A stretch of DNA of 64,000 bases from Candidatus Danuiimicrobium aquiferis (GTDB lineage Bacteria; Omnitrophota; Omnitrophia; Omnitrophales; Danuiimicrobiaceae): positions 43,622-107,621 of the forward strand of contig MHFR01000048.1 of NCBI GenBank assembly GCA_001804285.1, given 5' to 3'. The notes below the pieces were generated by a model. The model saw only the letters and a program-made list of their open reading frames with translations, ran no database searches and had not been told where the DNA came from. Positions within the stretch are counted from its first letter, which is position 1. Every line of letters starts with the position of its first letter. This document shows positions 48,601 to 53,106 of this stretch, in pieces. Both the position numbers and the translations under genes were made by a program.

Positions 48601-49532
48601 ACATTCAGAAATTGTTGACGGACGAAGAAGCTGCAGCAAAAGACGTAGCGGCCACCCGGGAGCGGGAACTGGCGGAAAAAATGGCGGGCCTTCCGGACCG
48701 GGTTGCGGCGCTTGAAGTTTTAGCGAAGAAAATAGAGGCTCAAGTGGCACAGTTTGGATCGCAGATTGAGACTTTCGGAAAATACGTGGCTCAAGCAACG
48801 GACATGCTTCAGCGCATGGAAGCGATGCAAACAAAGTTAGATCAATCGCAAAAACGGCGGGCAGAGGTGAGAACGGACATTCCGGTGGAAATCCATTCCG
48901 CTACGCGTTCTACGATGTCGGCTAATGTTGCGCAACAGCCCAAACGCATGATTGTGATGCTTGATTCGCTTAAATCCCCGGAATTTCGGAAAACATTTAT
49001 CCAGATGTTGGAGCAGACGAAAGCGGATCGATCGCTCGAGGTTGCGGTGGTGGCGTCATATGAAAATGAACTTTTAATTGAGCCGTATATTTTTGATTGG
49101 TTCGGGGATGCGAAATTTTTTACGAAGTATCAACAAGTCCAGCTTTATTCCGTGAACCGGTTGCTTCAGGGGCAAGATTCTCAGATTTCTCCGGAACGGA
49201 TGCGTCAGATGTTCGGCGTTCAAATGGAGGACAGCCGTTTCATCAGCCAGTTGATTGATCAAAAGAAGAAAGAGGCTCAAGCAAATGCGTTATCAACGCG
49301 CGTGGTTGTCATTGGAAACGCACAAATTTTCGAAAAAATTAAACGGCGTGATACGCCAAAACTTCTTGATGCGCCGGAGGCTTTAAAAGCAGCGCTGTTG
49401 TTATTTGATCTCGACGGTGCGATTGACTGGGTGAAAATGGCTCCTCAAGGTTATATTGATCCGACAACGACGATGATGCAGTCGCTTGAGAGTGCGATCG
49501 CCGGACAGATAAGGATCGGGACGGCAGCGTAA
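27654..49532 (+). CDS. Giant (7292 aa) multi-module protein, putative polyprotein delimited by R[SA]ExR motifs
   Basis: Uninterrupted 21.9-kb ORF with a signal-like N-terminus. It carries a MutS-type ATPase (GANMGGKST, DEMLNGTN, ATHD), a GDH-like NAD fold, HEAT/TPR, an HPD motif, many TM segments and 18 R[SA]ExR motifs. Confidence 0.9.
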   Translation: MHFGIKQKNKSFNLSVKRATLSIFSSRFLRSIALVVLICFVTTNITWADVSVGASITTLQNEIQSLALKPFAIPREAGRIEELFLPDGMSPETPLIVYLQDAHTNLGAQENIQKIVQELAPKLKIDTVLVEGGTGEIDLSELKSYPDEKIKTNVTQFWMKEAVLNGIERAAILSKANFRLIGIEDKNLYEEAGKHFVTAKQESQAFLAELEPRLKLINEKRKAKFNQDLMVFDDLTNMFEKKQELMPLVSVIANEARNRHLDRWKYAQVEKFISLMLFEIRGGNQQQLLRAKKDLDAKQFFKELEALKQEVKESLFQNDEERAIDAEAQGLKLLRDLVSLEATPEQYQNFLKDREKIERLIENNFGILSSPHAVGGDPWIPASAGMTKPQTNSSLALESAIEFYESAIKRDDILFQNLQAALSKQSSKHIFLVTGGFHTPGIVEKLKSAKLSYVLISPQVSEEDNARQYLERVAGKRADLEEFKSKYGPHPNPLPEGEGSPNFYRQSSQRSGEGKFKGTGEGETYAVPSVSRAEVGIIRESFDWAAERSGEIDNSHWSPVNSAPFSTNVIPAKAGIQRDSRLRGNDTIFRSEARSTQNHDQYDTPAYSLNSGFDSDDTDEIQRILSEFRRISGISRKTVQQFAKEAIQSAGSKELRRLRFESTPRERSIYYWTLLILGCITVGLGAASAGWAWSAAILRDMGQKDHVSFWTSVIPMAIGLGIFIVGVIVLIALNRPYPLNEKSVYELALRFKYLDGETFRKPSDSANLLARSEVRGESEAKKPIIDVRRLEDQHHRRFQELVGLYQKIKPQSVAAEIRLFIFGAISFISMIVGFFMMSSIENPRDLVTMIMPSIAISLTALMPTIYFMWKAKKLGTLLNNILGNFSGMELTKEERSQKPKKLEQFSLRWGERFDFERKRGKQYQTPKLIEGGRMFEEEGEFFSLDQRTINDLGVESLLEKQDRTKTGFGQSRLEWLIKHPLLTPGKIRERQASIGEFIQNESFRKIMEEKFTQLGEKIRDRAFWSFDVPDFRYRPNKWMALGLTLCKFLLIPAGILLAGYSWKMLPVPFVLFLMIRSAYLNEKVIRREWKAVGKFINEILPELRQAESPLLQKIYSVLKDAVDPHGSAGIASFINRPGMLNGAWAYLNKRKELQSVLGAIGELESLYSQGQAAVDNLGYHDFPEILDRDTSVSGPEQGRPVLKFETEKLHHPAIPFEKSVGNPVRFASDHSFMILTGANMGGKSTFLKTLALAIILAQTGGPIRGFNMKLTPVKLMTLFDVRDDIAAGKSKYDAQTDRLKEMTDLAASDPRVMLFFDEMLNGTNPEDHLVIEEGTILYLVKLGIFGMLATHDLEVTELETVEKQPGVFNMHFDEKLDADRKPQADYELSQGPVEGSNAISILERKGYPPEIIDEAKRRALVRLEKKAKGQARAEVRHLENSGKAIINRGARESSILSKGLVSRAEVRNLENTEVRSQKSDMSFPQASGGNLRLLARGEFVFGRDSRQQISGMTPEYRSEARADSDSDTPAYVLDPGFDPEQYPDEVHTIQRALTKIRQITNKSQAEVQTEANKHIRFSNNYPYALLWHSEPGLFNFARAKWKFFLLAGLCLACLPSAVAMFIYWIARPFSTIQEGSEFHHSKFILYFGLFLTFAGYYFLQTFFAALPVTEANVFAIFRGIDFITKDEYRDLTLTLKSSNPSAETRAEARAEPDYDTPGYNLRPGFDGDQINTLQGALTTVRKVTKKSKDEVQRAANKYLWPYRFRFFSYYDETGLFDIARFRNPPGKIPNYLRAFLSPSGLFSLLAALIFALVFAIPVALAQRSFMRMVHDVMTTLTFPLGIQIDDAAERLPAYTRMITNPYWWGIVFFMANIWAAATVLKLLRVTEANIYTILYRVGFLTKDEYEDLLKTLESSQPLGQETLSGSRSADKRKIGRRSPIEAASNYLLMGFAEARHLARLHQQAMRLSAAGRYVPARNLRLKTMIWRGIVIKGGKWIDIFQLVKEFMRGWFDIFDLPKKLINQQSIQFLSYEYLGERYHREMFLDSEEGNALYGLLDEMKNDPKRFPGIDWSKHSAIYGHWEVSSYRYERSEVRNLAPEKGTGISLKSERLPVPFSVLTYAPVLSAAKSAARSETRAGAEKDPIGLRKIEQIARGYKDIRRSRRMIYPNIILDRWQLPPAFEPYQDAVLNRRAPEFEAGMGVALIVPGEDIKAALRKKKEPEERVQALIRLIETMVIKGIMKAWHARVLKFGLKDEKNQWSEKALNKPEILQVVLQELSGEKLEILKQCVDIWFKRIREGPEGRLGSGLVLIQKDAELLYDYLRNVHAPHQNLTGYHNIAGSIVESIFRGDIAAKVHSLDEYVKQSWAMELTDALHTLETPANASIAEAAVERVTQIAEQSKNNRIITLAGSLEDALADEERKNKLIARIKTILIDEKLKVLDFAFSRLEEAEKRLHEMEEFQREHRHMFTMQTDYYAFADIAEGYTRRVEEMFGQTPKDYSGRRMKMLMKNFEEMEFRNLGRSQRQGGGLPFTTGLQVAKLLWARERKPVRVLRAFNRLINKQELLEAVKGVKTRSNGTARPEEAKSPKAYVEFLGEHRMSAIALELVYYGIGEVAQQLREDLGTHAQDVLAYLNKMEMPAFQGEGEWKEKLHKQTAAILKALRDIEGIFEKDDAEKDISKKLSINKRASIVFEHAARLHQEMDPSWFPNDRTIDLLLLYWTNTFKVGGADRIHEALGSILENDLFYDFEDGKRKQKSPDEILKLLDTNRALSQLATFERRQLKSVLFELGLINPEDVYPAMFKYVMEKIGTAKPRMVVFYDRHLPLENSSPIIERIVKSGKYSSDDIIFVPWPEYTTPLGETVAIADGLMDLMRQMANPERGKQVLPVKKYSVRDQQWFGEFVIREIAGKIFEPEEQTALFQQQQRIGTKSWGDIGPMLKSRLGSLVMKPLLAEAEKRIKAIHRPATQETGEGDEETRRYERALWDRSGAVTRETKRLIEKFYGMLNDVMNRIDIGKQAGIEDVEFPPSEEQFIYALFLYMMKKSYPDMLFVSVHRDVIIKKSEDIQWTLEELQQGFRLVTTDKAKEIHQGLEIPQLSWRKRSRQAHIHLAVEQLVSARRVNAEVPIVFVELKQDAQKIESVPQETLAKAILGLYALSLSNFASYFTIRDVVPSRSGVLGDPYRIADYLLRPEPETEAQIEQGAKALGENYFDRVLTKMKGQARAEARSDLKRRSFAEVLWNYLWMPKEAIQLAKLHAEARKLAHAGKFDQARELRIKIFIWREVVLEKDRWLGPDQFREAMFGDSSIDSLFMNFVQHKMHHDAPTHSDQIETVVDLLWEVESDHVHFPGFRVIVDVRKGPQGVACRYDEKKRSEARNGEVAKEIPEELDFYIKEFLSILPENKRPNIKKFKAANQVIRTNLNDPVRIKYKLPVTIVFRPEFFIRGLPPDLQPRGMPWQLVYTNHDLADEAFESLLVIHGNKEIEEVNLSQGPVDYFISSSEKAYRHKRRSILSFTPLEGRTMDDVNQGTSYLDGAFSAIVAKPIKSKGELTEKQLQKKTDEQKRKIIELWTKSLVNIGILGQVYIASTGNLMQAEEMDLIIQYAYDMESLEEAEQRQMARGQPSGAVDYQPVFGRRDLPPAVGVSDVNLGIPKKKWKIQGIGPVNAILALIKHPVIQKKYFGGQEPPQVNVGFFGFGRVAAQMASVVIYDYANITPIQFSGIIDEARQIYSKWGELPVPVLQELIRRVNQRADSPLQKLARRFRRYGVRELSSNSVQQKVLSENIDVLVLASPPQTFGEKEAERFEGKIVIEANQNVATKKAIQILNQRGIKFVPYSTVNIGESYAARHEFANPFMKAPRYDKEFYVLNGIVGHTFANIWMGLESFEKNRLNQWKTLILWIVSAALIGTASGWLGGILLSIPLIGISVGFSLGTIAGLIAAYIFEPQAAKSMVQTVGELNERMNREIDALVVEMYHLTPELHDFKQDEQNKTQLRAICNRLLSRIKEKKLSAEQKRQYYRILGKIYLLMSQKGRNETYMPYVVALKIAVFQEVNAVIISKSYDLKKLKEHLRYPQKSDAIQKRVAAFVIGQARHEPKDIPEIVEALGDQLIKSDDYHVRAECAKALGLIRHSKGKSYLFMSFFSTKETDSSVKEWVEWALARYNVNWEANAEAYYEKELLPIQRRIEQFERITDLRKSTQPRPAFWEQIKEGLQSFQSLYRKAGQTYFEYAQMKRMEGDDETALKHYKEAINLLGKAGWEGNAFPFIVQQEIAEIYWTLNQPAKMREALLKMILPGAAFELVKGKEIKEQRNIQDFLMPIEIYQRLAFERFFIWNGFKPETAEVMAAALNHYIERKYNELIHDFGYVGKMDEVDAREQLIRKDIEILEEINKKIIPKLYIEDEKAGKIPFLKLMILVTTNMYYQRFPKLMQWIVQTLSEEKIPPEIQKPTNPEAKFLQDLFVEIGLIQGSNEGAAGGRSEIRSKGEEYLNRHALINEFGTFKRANLEKEFMPFLNQLKSQDSVLIERGFENIKQHLNAELKRAKQLSRQDEAKRVRSFVAGRLVAMIPRMKERYIPNVVELYEILLGSMTYSVSRYLGSGVARDPETQIRIRLLKILQKGSETGTRPNIAISILKSETFAGSRGLLKTEPEKEYLKIVDQTILKRIAKAFRAGDARQRLSLLQDLLEGVRASKGFAIEVSNQSLSSLLVGVLGRFRFSVEESIIMNEIKKTVENQAASPLIRQVRRAMVFGMLNPPVYQNLDDIYFYDSDRAIYHAAILLEHGLIPLIHLPVFASGIQDKNDLHKEQKYSEQIFSGIKRLRKENPKALLAVGGIKNFQAAMRAVENGVNVLFVSKSLSSRQIKKLKWYAEKIHPENPDILVLSGVERGKKMTRGLNRQTGGGFLALDKPEEAAVNEDEIQRLKRLQEKRPQNVFGFYWLFLNRAVEEAMKTPADFIVVDAEFSLGTQAEITAQWLENLKNETIQQRIRQRRLDKRTVSGKPEGRAEVRNLESNSNRLSTGTNESTFKLPKRSLKRAEARSPIADLAKKGQVANMFSEEDPSVVYLAAKKMKDAAGTVLAHRMSAIDKDLVGPVFGLVIETDEGQSFLIQRLAEGTFDENIQTREWIAVHTVQETRAGPETDDQSWTIISEQPQYLTTPEAIQNIRLGEHVQIAYQQKTEKNQAAIILTAPNSTDRRKLTIYSVEILPEGIQAVDSTADDAEAIDPYLYDFQDQEPGSAVVEERAPKRTVPDFSDTLAPKAKKAPRSFASAKKRIFRALKRIPFLFFVFLIGGSVVLSYFYIHSLETETMRGVTYQHLPFVASQIEWKDLTRERYLSNNPNSTVDDVLTSELAEPIRMLAQYNQQRWLQIYRIEIANAKVPVSQPAQTGNNFRVGATPVSNETKPALQIGVFHDRTLGEPNPPFPQETIVSLDPLDRKALHQFKVAVYGKPAAQYNLDFARQQKDAITYWTYFYLFAGVIIFAAGLVSEFVFRKSRIIRRENIRADRRERNAREFRQAEGHSGRTEGGERGRAEVRAAKNVFRLKVVVVPGLSRYREIEGHQVFTKPLADMTDEMRRKLNEWFKPFMGEGFYQFVTTTGMPDFIFLTKVQIVSGNVIKQTLEDESGAEPAEADQSYQLITFIPLTPFAVQQTGLFKTLVREYMKQANIKEPIYFLRSHVYRTTTPEVNIEQKEESREITITRSGHSSLVIEEMGRAEGRNLAPEKGTGILLKREQLPVPFSGKSELRHIENSSEFSVPSFRLGRMDQLETQFRAEARNEIAAELNPGLEAVFIRAPKNVLAGIVKELYPTDDARRTGFLNLIQNPEADHDRWLPVGHRLLLGWWREAPYAGTMVLTFDLRKLNAAQIREFKRKREGKHALEGDFWLYINRVIRRITGQSIELGGVESDDKTLSPEELLLRLKILEPTWTSGNIDALIHVGNFFRAKGDLGRAEFFLRKAAELLPENEDSFWRDQQAKKIINILTAAYENVATEYIKIGDRDSLQKARTLLDFVFYGLLNQYPLKDSVARVAGRYNQLVGILYHRDLRDAGDALKKEISLLRQYRVASRVPEQAKYVFGTTLKLIRAYWGESPSTWGLRTYQNRHEGAMRRRDDAIEWMKIAETLTGDPEFRAHMTDAQIRDFEKMKTYYGGLQGEFSWITNGDYGTPGHMMLEFRGAMHHQDIQAIQRRSPLVLKHIEYCRNNRTNRRLQPQERLIMREIRSFEKRHEWDDVNRSEDETRRSEAREESAEKRELPEEIQAAVELIRQAMESFQAGTKERERMKWAYQYFTELFQKGKLRIEIIEGYETFASKGSTDHDPMVIKVGAQNLASPEITARALIVGFYLLYLKPENKTEPVFKKTVIGKAKWLTEKTDFHFPKTPAEKSEEGALRAIGPQTVKELGELKDHLASIRSESAKEAARDARNVQVDPVMVQALQQFANESKGNLTEAWRLYAEILNEHLEHRQSEKLVQFLTQFLNTFLIVVAKRSTFQDLFLEVPESFAETLIDYFNSPAPGQGGIDDYRALLLESIRSINPDALDRFIGNKALLFGIAKMIESAEVSVKIARGKISSSRISATAAAGRQTLRELAAQAGGNLLPLLEGARVITDTGRLLPGPEPSGAGADGVLAPGTVRPVKDHLPVNAEYKGFQAALRNALKAALKKKPIPSFVEFAEREVPRLLENMHHAFEQRENKIRGGLDELSEWLKFLHNQVAGGGPLNGDWATFISKTEGAEFQGAGKDLGKEKLSELYTVIFLAQTIYAYLHAGRYQTTAADARNEINNRLKALAESEGPPVFSAVQQWFTRFEHDVQTAETQAATQASIIQARRDDYEARTTKVRRPKEGAGAAAHVESNAIPVAEEPQAIAQEPTFKGFQQRLVHAKLNATILNADREKAMATLVFLVAGEEKKGLEAMPAYLARTKDNYDKGRRTLLMQLHPDRLRRKPTAVEQKIYQFFDQYKDFPGTGQGFKTGGDFGTQLVDIQKLLTDEEAAAKDVAATRERELAEKMAGLPDRVAALEVLAKKIEAQVAQFGSQIETFGKYVAQATDMLQRMEAMQTKLDQSQKRRAEVRTDIPVEIHSATRSTMSANVAQQPKRMIVMLDSLKSPEFRKTFIQMLEQTKADRSLEVAVVASYENELLIEPYIFDWFGDAKFFTKYQQVQLYSVNRLLQGQDSQISPERMRQMFGVQMEDSRFISQLIDQKKKEAQANALSTRVVVIGNAQIFEKIKRRDTPKLLDAPEALKAALLLFDLDGAIDWVKMAPQGYIDPTTTMMQSLESAIAGQIRIGTAA
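29421..48872 (+). repeat. Dispersed in-frame R[SA]E[AVITG]R pentapeptide repeat (18 copies plus KSELR)
   Basis: Copies start at 29421, 29964, 31947, 32040, 32202, 32766, 33921, 34047, 37329, 37776, 41094, 42672, 42765, 44253, 44802, 44976, 46380 and 48858. KSELR is at 44886. Confidence 0.9.
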
Positions 49533-49599
49533 CAACAAAAAGAGGCAGGCAGCTGGGCGTATAGATACATGAATTGCCCGCCCCTTTTTATTGAAAATT

Positions 49600-49710
49600 T
49601 CAATGTCCAAGTACCCAATGACGCAGGGAATTTCCAATTCCCAAATCACAATTGGAATTTAATTTTTTCGGGATTTATTTGGTCATTGCGTCCTTGGTCA
49701 TTGGACATTT
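49600..49710. repeat. Family-C element
   Basis: aatgtccaa..caatgacgca...ggtcattgcgtccttggtcattggacatt inverted arms. Confidence 0.55.
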
Positions 49711-49768
49711 ATTACGCATCTTTTCTTTCTTGTTTCTACCAGTCCTTTATGCTTTAATAATTTCCACT

Positions 49769-50614
49769 ATGAACACCACGCCTTCTAATAAAATCCACTT
49801 TGGCCACAGCCCCGACCCTGACGATGCATTTATGTTTTATGCGATTGCAAACCAAAAAATCGATACCGCCGGATTTGAAATTGAACATGTTGTCGAAGAT
49901 ATTGAGTCGCTCAATCATCGCGCGATTCGCGGCGAACTTGAAGCCACCGCGGTTTCAGTCCACGCGTATGGACATGTCTCGGATCAATACGCGATTATGC
50001 GCTCTGGCGCGAGTGTCGGTGAAGGATACGGTCCCGTCGTCGTTTCTGCTAACCCTTTATCAATAAAAGATTTAGAAACCAAGACAATCGCTGTCCCCGG
50101 GATGCTCACGACTGCGTATTTGGTTTTGAAATTATGCCTGCATGATTTCCGGACGGTTGTGGTTCCTTTCGATCAAATTATGGATCATGTCTTTGAAGAA
50201 AAAGCGGATGCGGGTGTGATCATTCATGAAGGACAATTAACGTACGAAGACCGGCATCTTTATAAGGTTCTTGATTTGGGGGCGTGGTGGTTTTCGGAAA
50301 CAAAACTTCCGCTTCCTCTTGGGATTGACGTGATTCGTAAAGATCTCGGGTTTGATAAAATGAAAGCGCTTGCACGCGTTTTTCGGGAAAGCATTATTTA
50401 TTCTCTCGAACACCGGAAGGAAGCGCTTGAATATGCGCTTCCGTTCGGCCGCGGAATTTCGCGAACGGATGAAGACCGGTTTGTCGCGATGTATGTGAAT
50501 GATTTTACACGCGATATCGGTGAAAGAGGCGAAGCTGCGATCCGAGAACTTTTAAACCGTGGCGTAAAAACCGGAGTACTTGCAAAAAAAGTGGCGCCGG
50601 AATTTGTTGGATAA
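49769..50614 (+). CDS. mqnD: 1,4-dihydroxy-6-naphthoate synthase (futalosine menaquinone pathway)
   Basis: GHSPDPDDAFMFYA, IIHEGQLTY, LPLPLG and MYVND. Confidence 0.9.
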   Translation: MNTTPSNKIHFGHSPDPDDAFMFYAIANQKIDTAGFEIEHVVEDIESLNHRAIRGELEATAVSVHAYGHVSDQYAIMRSGASVGEGYGPVVVSANPLSIKDLETKTIAVPGMLTTAYLVLKLCLHDFRTVVVPFDQIMDHVFEEKADAGVIIHEGQLTYEDRHLYKVLDLGAWWFSETKLPLPLGIDVIRKDLGFDKMKALARVFRESIIYSLEHRKEALEYALPFGRGISRTDEDRFVAMYVNDFTRDIGERGEAAIRELLNRGVKTGVLAKKVAPEFVG

Positions 50615-50635
50615 GAGTTGAATGACAAATCAAAT

Positions 50636-50716
50636 GTATCTGTTTAGCGTTTTGAGGTTGACTATCGCCCCTCACCCTAACCCTCTCCCTCGGGGAGAGG
50701 GCAGGGGTGAGGGGAC
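50636..50716. repeat. Left TIR plus family-B palindrome
   Basis: gtatctgtttagcgttttgag...ccctcaccctaaccctctccctcggggagagggcaggggtgagggg. Confidence 0.7.
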
Positions 50717-50746
50717 GCATTTGTTATTACTTAGTTCGTCATTTCC

Positions 50747-51172
50747 TTACGGCACCGCTCCCGCGCAATCAACCGTATACTGATAATCGTTCCGCTCGCA
50801 TTCTTCGATGAACCTTACGCCGGCTTCAAAAATTCCGGTATCTAAATTTAATTTCCGCCAGGCGATTTCTGCGAGTAACCGGTTATCGGTGATTTTCAGC
50901 AGGGCATTGTAAGGAATGAGCTTTTTCAGTTTGTTTGCGTTGACCTGAAGAATGATTTGCGAATTTCTTTCAAGCGGCGCAAGCGTTGTAATTTTAATTC
51001 CGCCTTTTCCCAAATCTTTAATTTTTGCGGTTAGAAAAATTCCGGCAGTTTTCGAAAATTTGCTAAGGTCATAAATTTTAATTAATTCGCTAAAAGGAAT
51101 GCGTTTATGCCGTCTTCGTTCGGAGCCGAGGATTTTTCGGGTCACATTTCTTATTTCAGCTGTTTGAATCAT
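50747..51172 (-). CDS. PilZ domain protein
   Basis: ERRRHKR and DLGKGG c-di-GMP-binding motifs, plus AGVRF. Confidence 0.8.
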   Translation of the reverse strand: MIQTAEIRNVTRKILGSERRRHKRIPFSELIKIYDLSKFSKTAGIFLTAKIKDLGKGGIKITTLAPLERNSQIILQVNANKLKKLIPYNALLKITDNRLLAEIAWRKLNLDTGIFEAGVRFIEECERNDYQYTVDCAGAVP

Positions 51173-51328
51173 TTGTCATATTTTATAGGACGAAAGCAAT
51201 TAAAAATCAAATCGTTCCACTATTTTTCTAAATTTTTAATTCCTTGCCATGTCTGACGAACGCTGTGATATTTGTTTATCGGCTGACGGGTCGGGAAACT
51301 GAATGCGGGGTGGGAGGTAATGCTGCCT

Positions 51329-51585
51329 TGTCATTCCCGCATGCTTCCCTCGGCAAAGCGAAGGCCAACCCTGTATTTCCAGGGTAGGCGGGAATCTGTT
51401 AAGCATGGATCCCCGACACCCAAGAAAAACTGGGGCCGGCCCTTTCTTTTCCAAGGGAAGCTTTCGGGGATCAAATTCGCGCGTTCAACTTTACATTTTG
51501 TCATTCCCGCATGCCTTAGGCGGGAATCGATGTTCATAGATCCCCGACAAAAGCTTTCGGGGATTAAATTCGCACATCGACTTAC
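51329..51585. repeat. Tandem pair of family-A palindromic elements
   Basis: Units start at 51329 and 51499: tgtcattcccgcatgc...gcgggaatc...gatccccgac...tcggggat..aaattcgc. Confidence 0.75.
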
Positions 51586-51604
51586 GTTCCGTAAGATCGA
51601 GTGC

Positions 51605-52738
51605 TCATTTAACTTCAAGTACTTTCCGGTATCGGGTCAAATTCCGGCAGCCGGTTTTGGTGACGGCGACCATGTCTTCGATTCGAACACCCCCAGTGCC
51701 CGGATAATAAAGGCCGGGTTCGACTGTGACAATATGTCCTTCGCGAAGAATATGATCGAGCACTGAAATCCGGGGCGATTCGTGGACGTCTAAGCCGATT
51801 CCGTGGCCTGTGCTGTGAAAAAATCCTTGCATCTTTCCGTTGATTTGCCCGGAAGGGAAACCCATTTTGTTAAAATAGTCCGTTACAGTTCGATGAATGA
51901 CTTTTGCATTGATGCCTTCTCGGATTAATTTGCATGCCAGAGTTTGAGCTTCTTTAACGGCGGCGTACATTTTTCTGATTTTTGGAGACGCTTTTCCTCT
52001 CACAAATGTGCGGGTCATGTCTGCGTGATATTTTGATTCATTGGATTGCGGGAAGACGTCGATGATGATCGGTTGGTGAGCGAGCAAAGGGCCTTTTCCG
52101 CGGTGATGAGGTTCTGTGGTCTGATTTCCGCAAGAGACAATGGTATGAGATGCCGAGCAACCCAATTCTAAAAGGGTGATGTCGATGATTTGTCTCAGTT
52201 TTTCTGACGTCAGCCGCTTTCCTTGATAAACAAGGTATTTTCCCCTGATGTTTGATTTTCTGAGTACGATTTCTGCTTTTCGAACGGCTTTTTCTGTTTT
52301 TCTTTGAGTGTTGGCAATCCATTTGATTTCCCGAGGCGTTTTGATTGCCCGTTCCTCGAAAAAAGGATCATCCTTTGGGCGGATCAAATATCCTTTTTTC
52401 CGAAGCCGGTCTGCAGAAGCAACCGGAAAATCCGAAGGGACGAGAAGATGGGAAACATGGTTCTCTGTTAAAATAAAATGAATGATTTCCGTCATGCTCG
52501 GATGATGATTTCCCGCGGCTTTCAGCTTGTTGCGGATTTCGGTACTTGAAATGATTTTGTGGACGCGCGCTTCTTTCCGCGCGCGGTCGATTTCGAGATC
52601 ATTCATGATCAGAATCTTCTTGCGGTCGATTTGAATGAAAGTGAATGGATCCGGCGCCAGAAAATGCGTTGCGTAATAAAGATTTGCGTTTTCTTCGCTT
52701 GATGCAATGATGAGTTTGGCTTCCTTTAATTTGCTCAT
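51605..52738 (-). CDS. Xaa-Pro peptidase (M24B family)
   Basis: DMTRT, HSTGHGIGLDVHE and TVEPGLY..GGVRIED. Confidence 0.9.
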   Translation of the reverse strand: MSKLKEAKLIIASSEENANLYYATHFLAPDPFTFIQIDRKKILIMNDLEIDRARKEARVHKIISSTEIRNKLKAAGNHHPSMTEIIHFILTENHVSHLLVPSDFPVASADRLRKKGYLIRPKDDPFFEERAIKTPREIKWIANTQRKTEKAVRKAEIVLRKSNIRGKYLVYQGKRLTSEKLRQIIDITLLELGCSASHTIVSCGNQTTEPHHRGKGPLLAHQPIIIDVFPQSNESKYHADMTRTFVRGKASPKIRKMYAAVKEAQTLACKLIREGINAKVIHRTVTDYFNKMGFPSGQINGKMQGFFHSTGHGIGLDVHESPRISVLDHILREGHIVTVEPGLYYPGTGGVRIEDMVAVTKTGCRNLTRYRKVLEVK

Positions 52739-52799
52739 AAACTCCCTTAGTGTATGGCCGTAGTATACCGTTTCTGAATCGAGAAAACGAGGGAAAACC

Positions 52800-52977
52800 G
52801 CAATGACCAAATCCCCCGCCAAAAAACTTGGCGGGCAGGCAATGACGCAAAGAAATTCCAAGTAATCAATTCCCAATATTTGAGATTTGAAATTTGAGAC
52901 TTCCTTGGCAATTGTCCGCCACTAAAGCGTTGGCGGAACCGACCACTTTTTTTGGCGGAGGATTTGGTCATTGCGAT
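52800..52977. repeat. Family-C element with nested ccgcc/ggcgg hairpins
   Basis: gcaatgaccaaatcc...ggatttggtcattgc terminal inverted repeat and a tttgaga/tttgaaa heptamer tract. Confidence 0.6.
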
Positions 52978-53106
52978 TTAAATGAGTTATTCCGTAAAAT
53001 TCATTGACGCTTTTCGGCAAAATGTTTATCATACGCAAGCCTTCCCAAGAGGAAGCTTTACAGCAAACAGGATTTTATCTTATAAAATTTAATCCCAAGG
53101 AATGAA

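Noticed and set aside
29421-48872. Dispersed repeats read as a CRISPR array
   Set aside because: Spacing is irregular (70 bp to 3.3 kb), the repeats are in frame and degenerate, and no cas genes are present.
27654-49532. Inteins or NRPS/PKS as explanation for the giant ORF
   Set aside because: I saw no C...HN-[CST] intein junctions at module borders and no adenylation, ketosynthase or carrier-domain motifs.
51236-51766. Short ORFs 51320-51766, 51331-51618 and 51236-51454
   Set aside because: They are translations of tandem family-A palindromes or antisense to the peptidase.
51605-52738. Nearby M24 peptidase as the polyprotein-processing enzyme
   Set aside because: M24B enzymes are N-terminal Xaa-Pro exopeptidases and do not fit internal RxExR sites.
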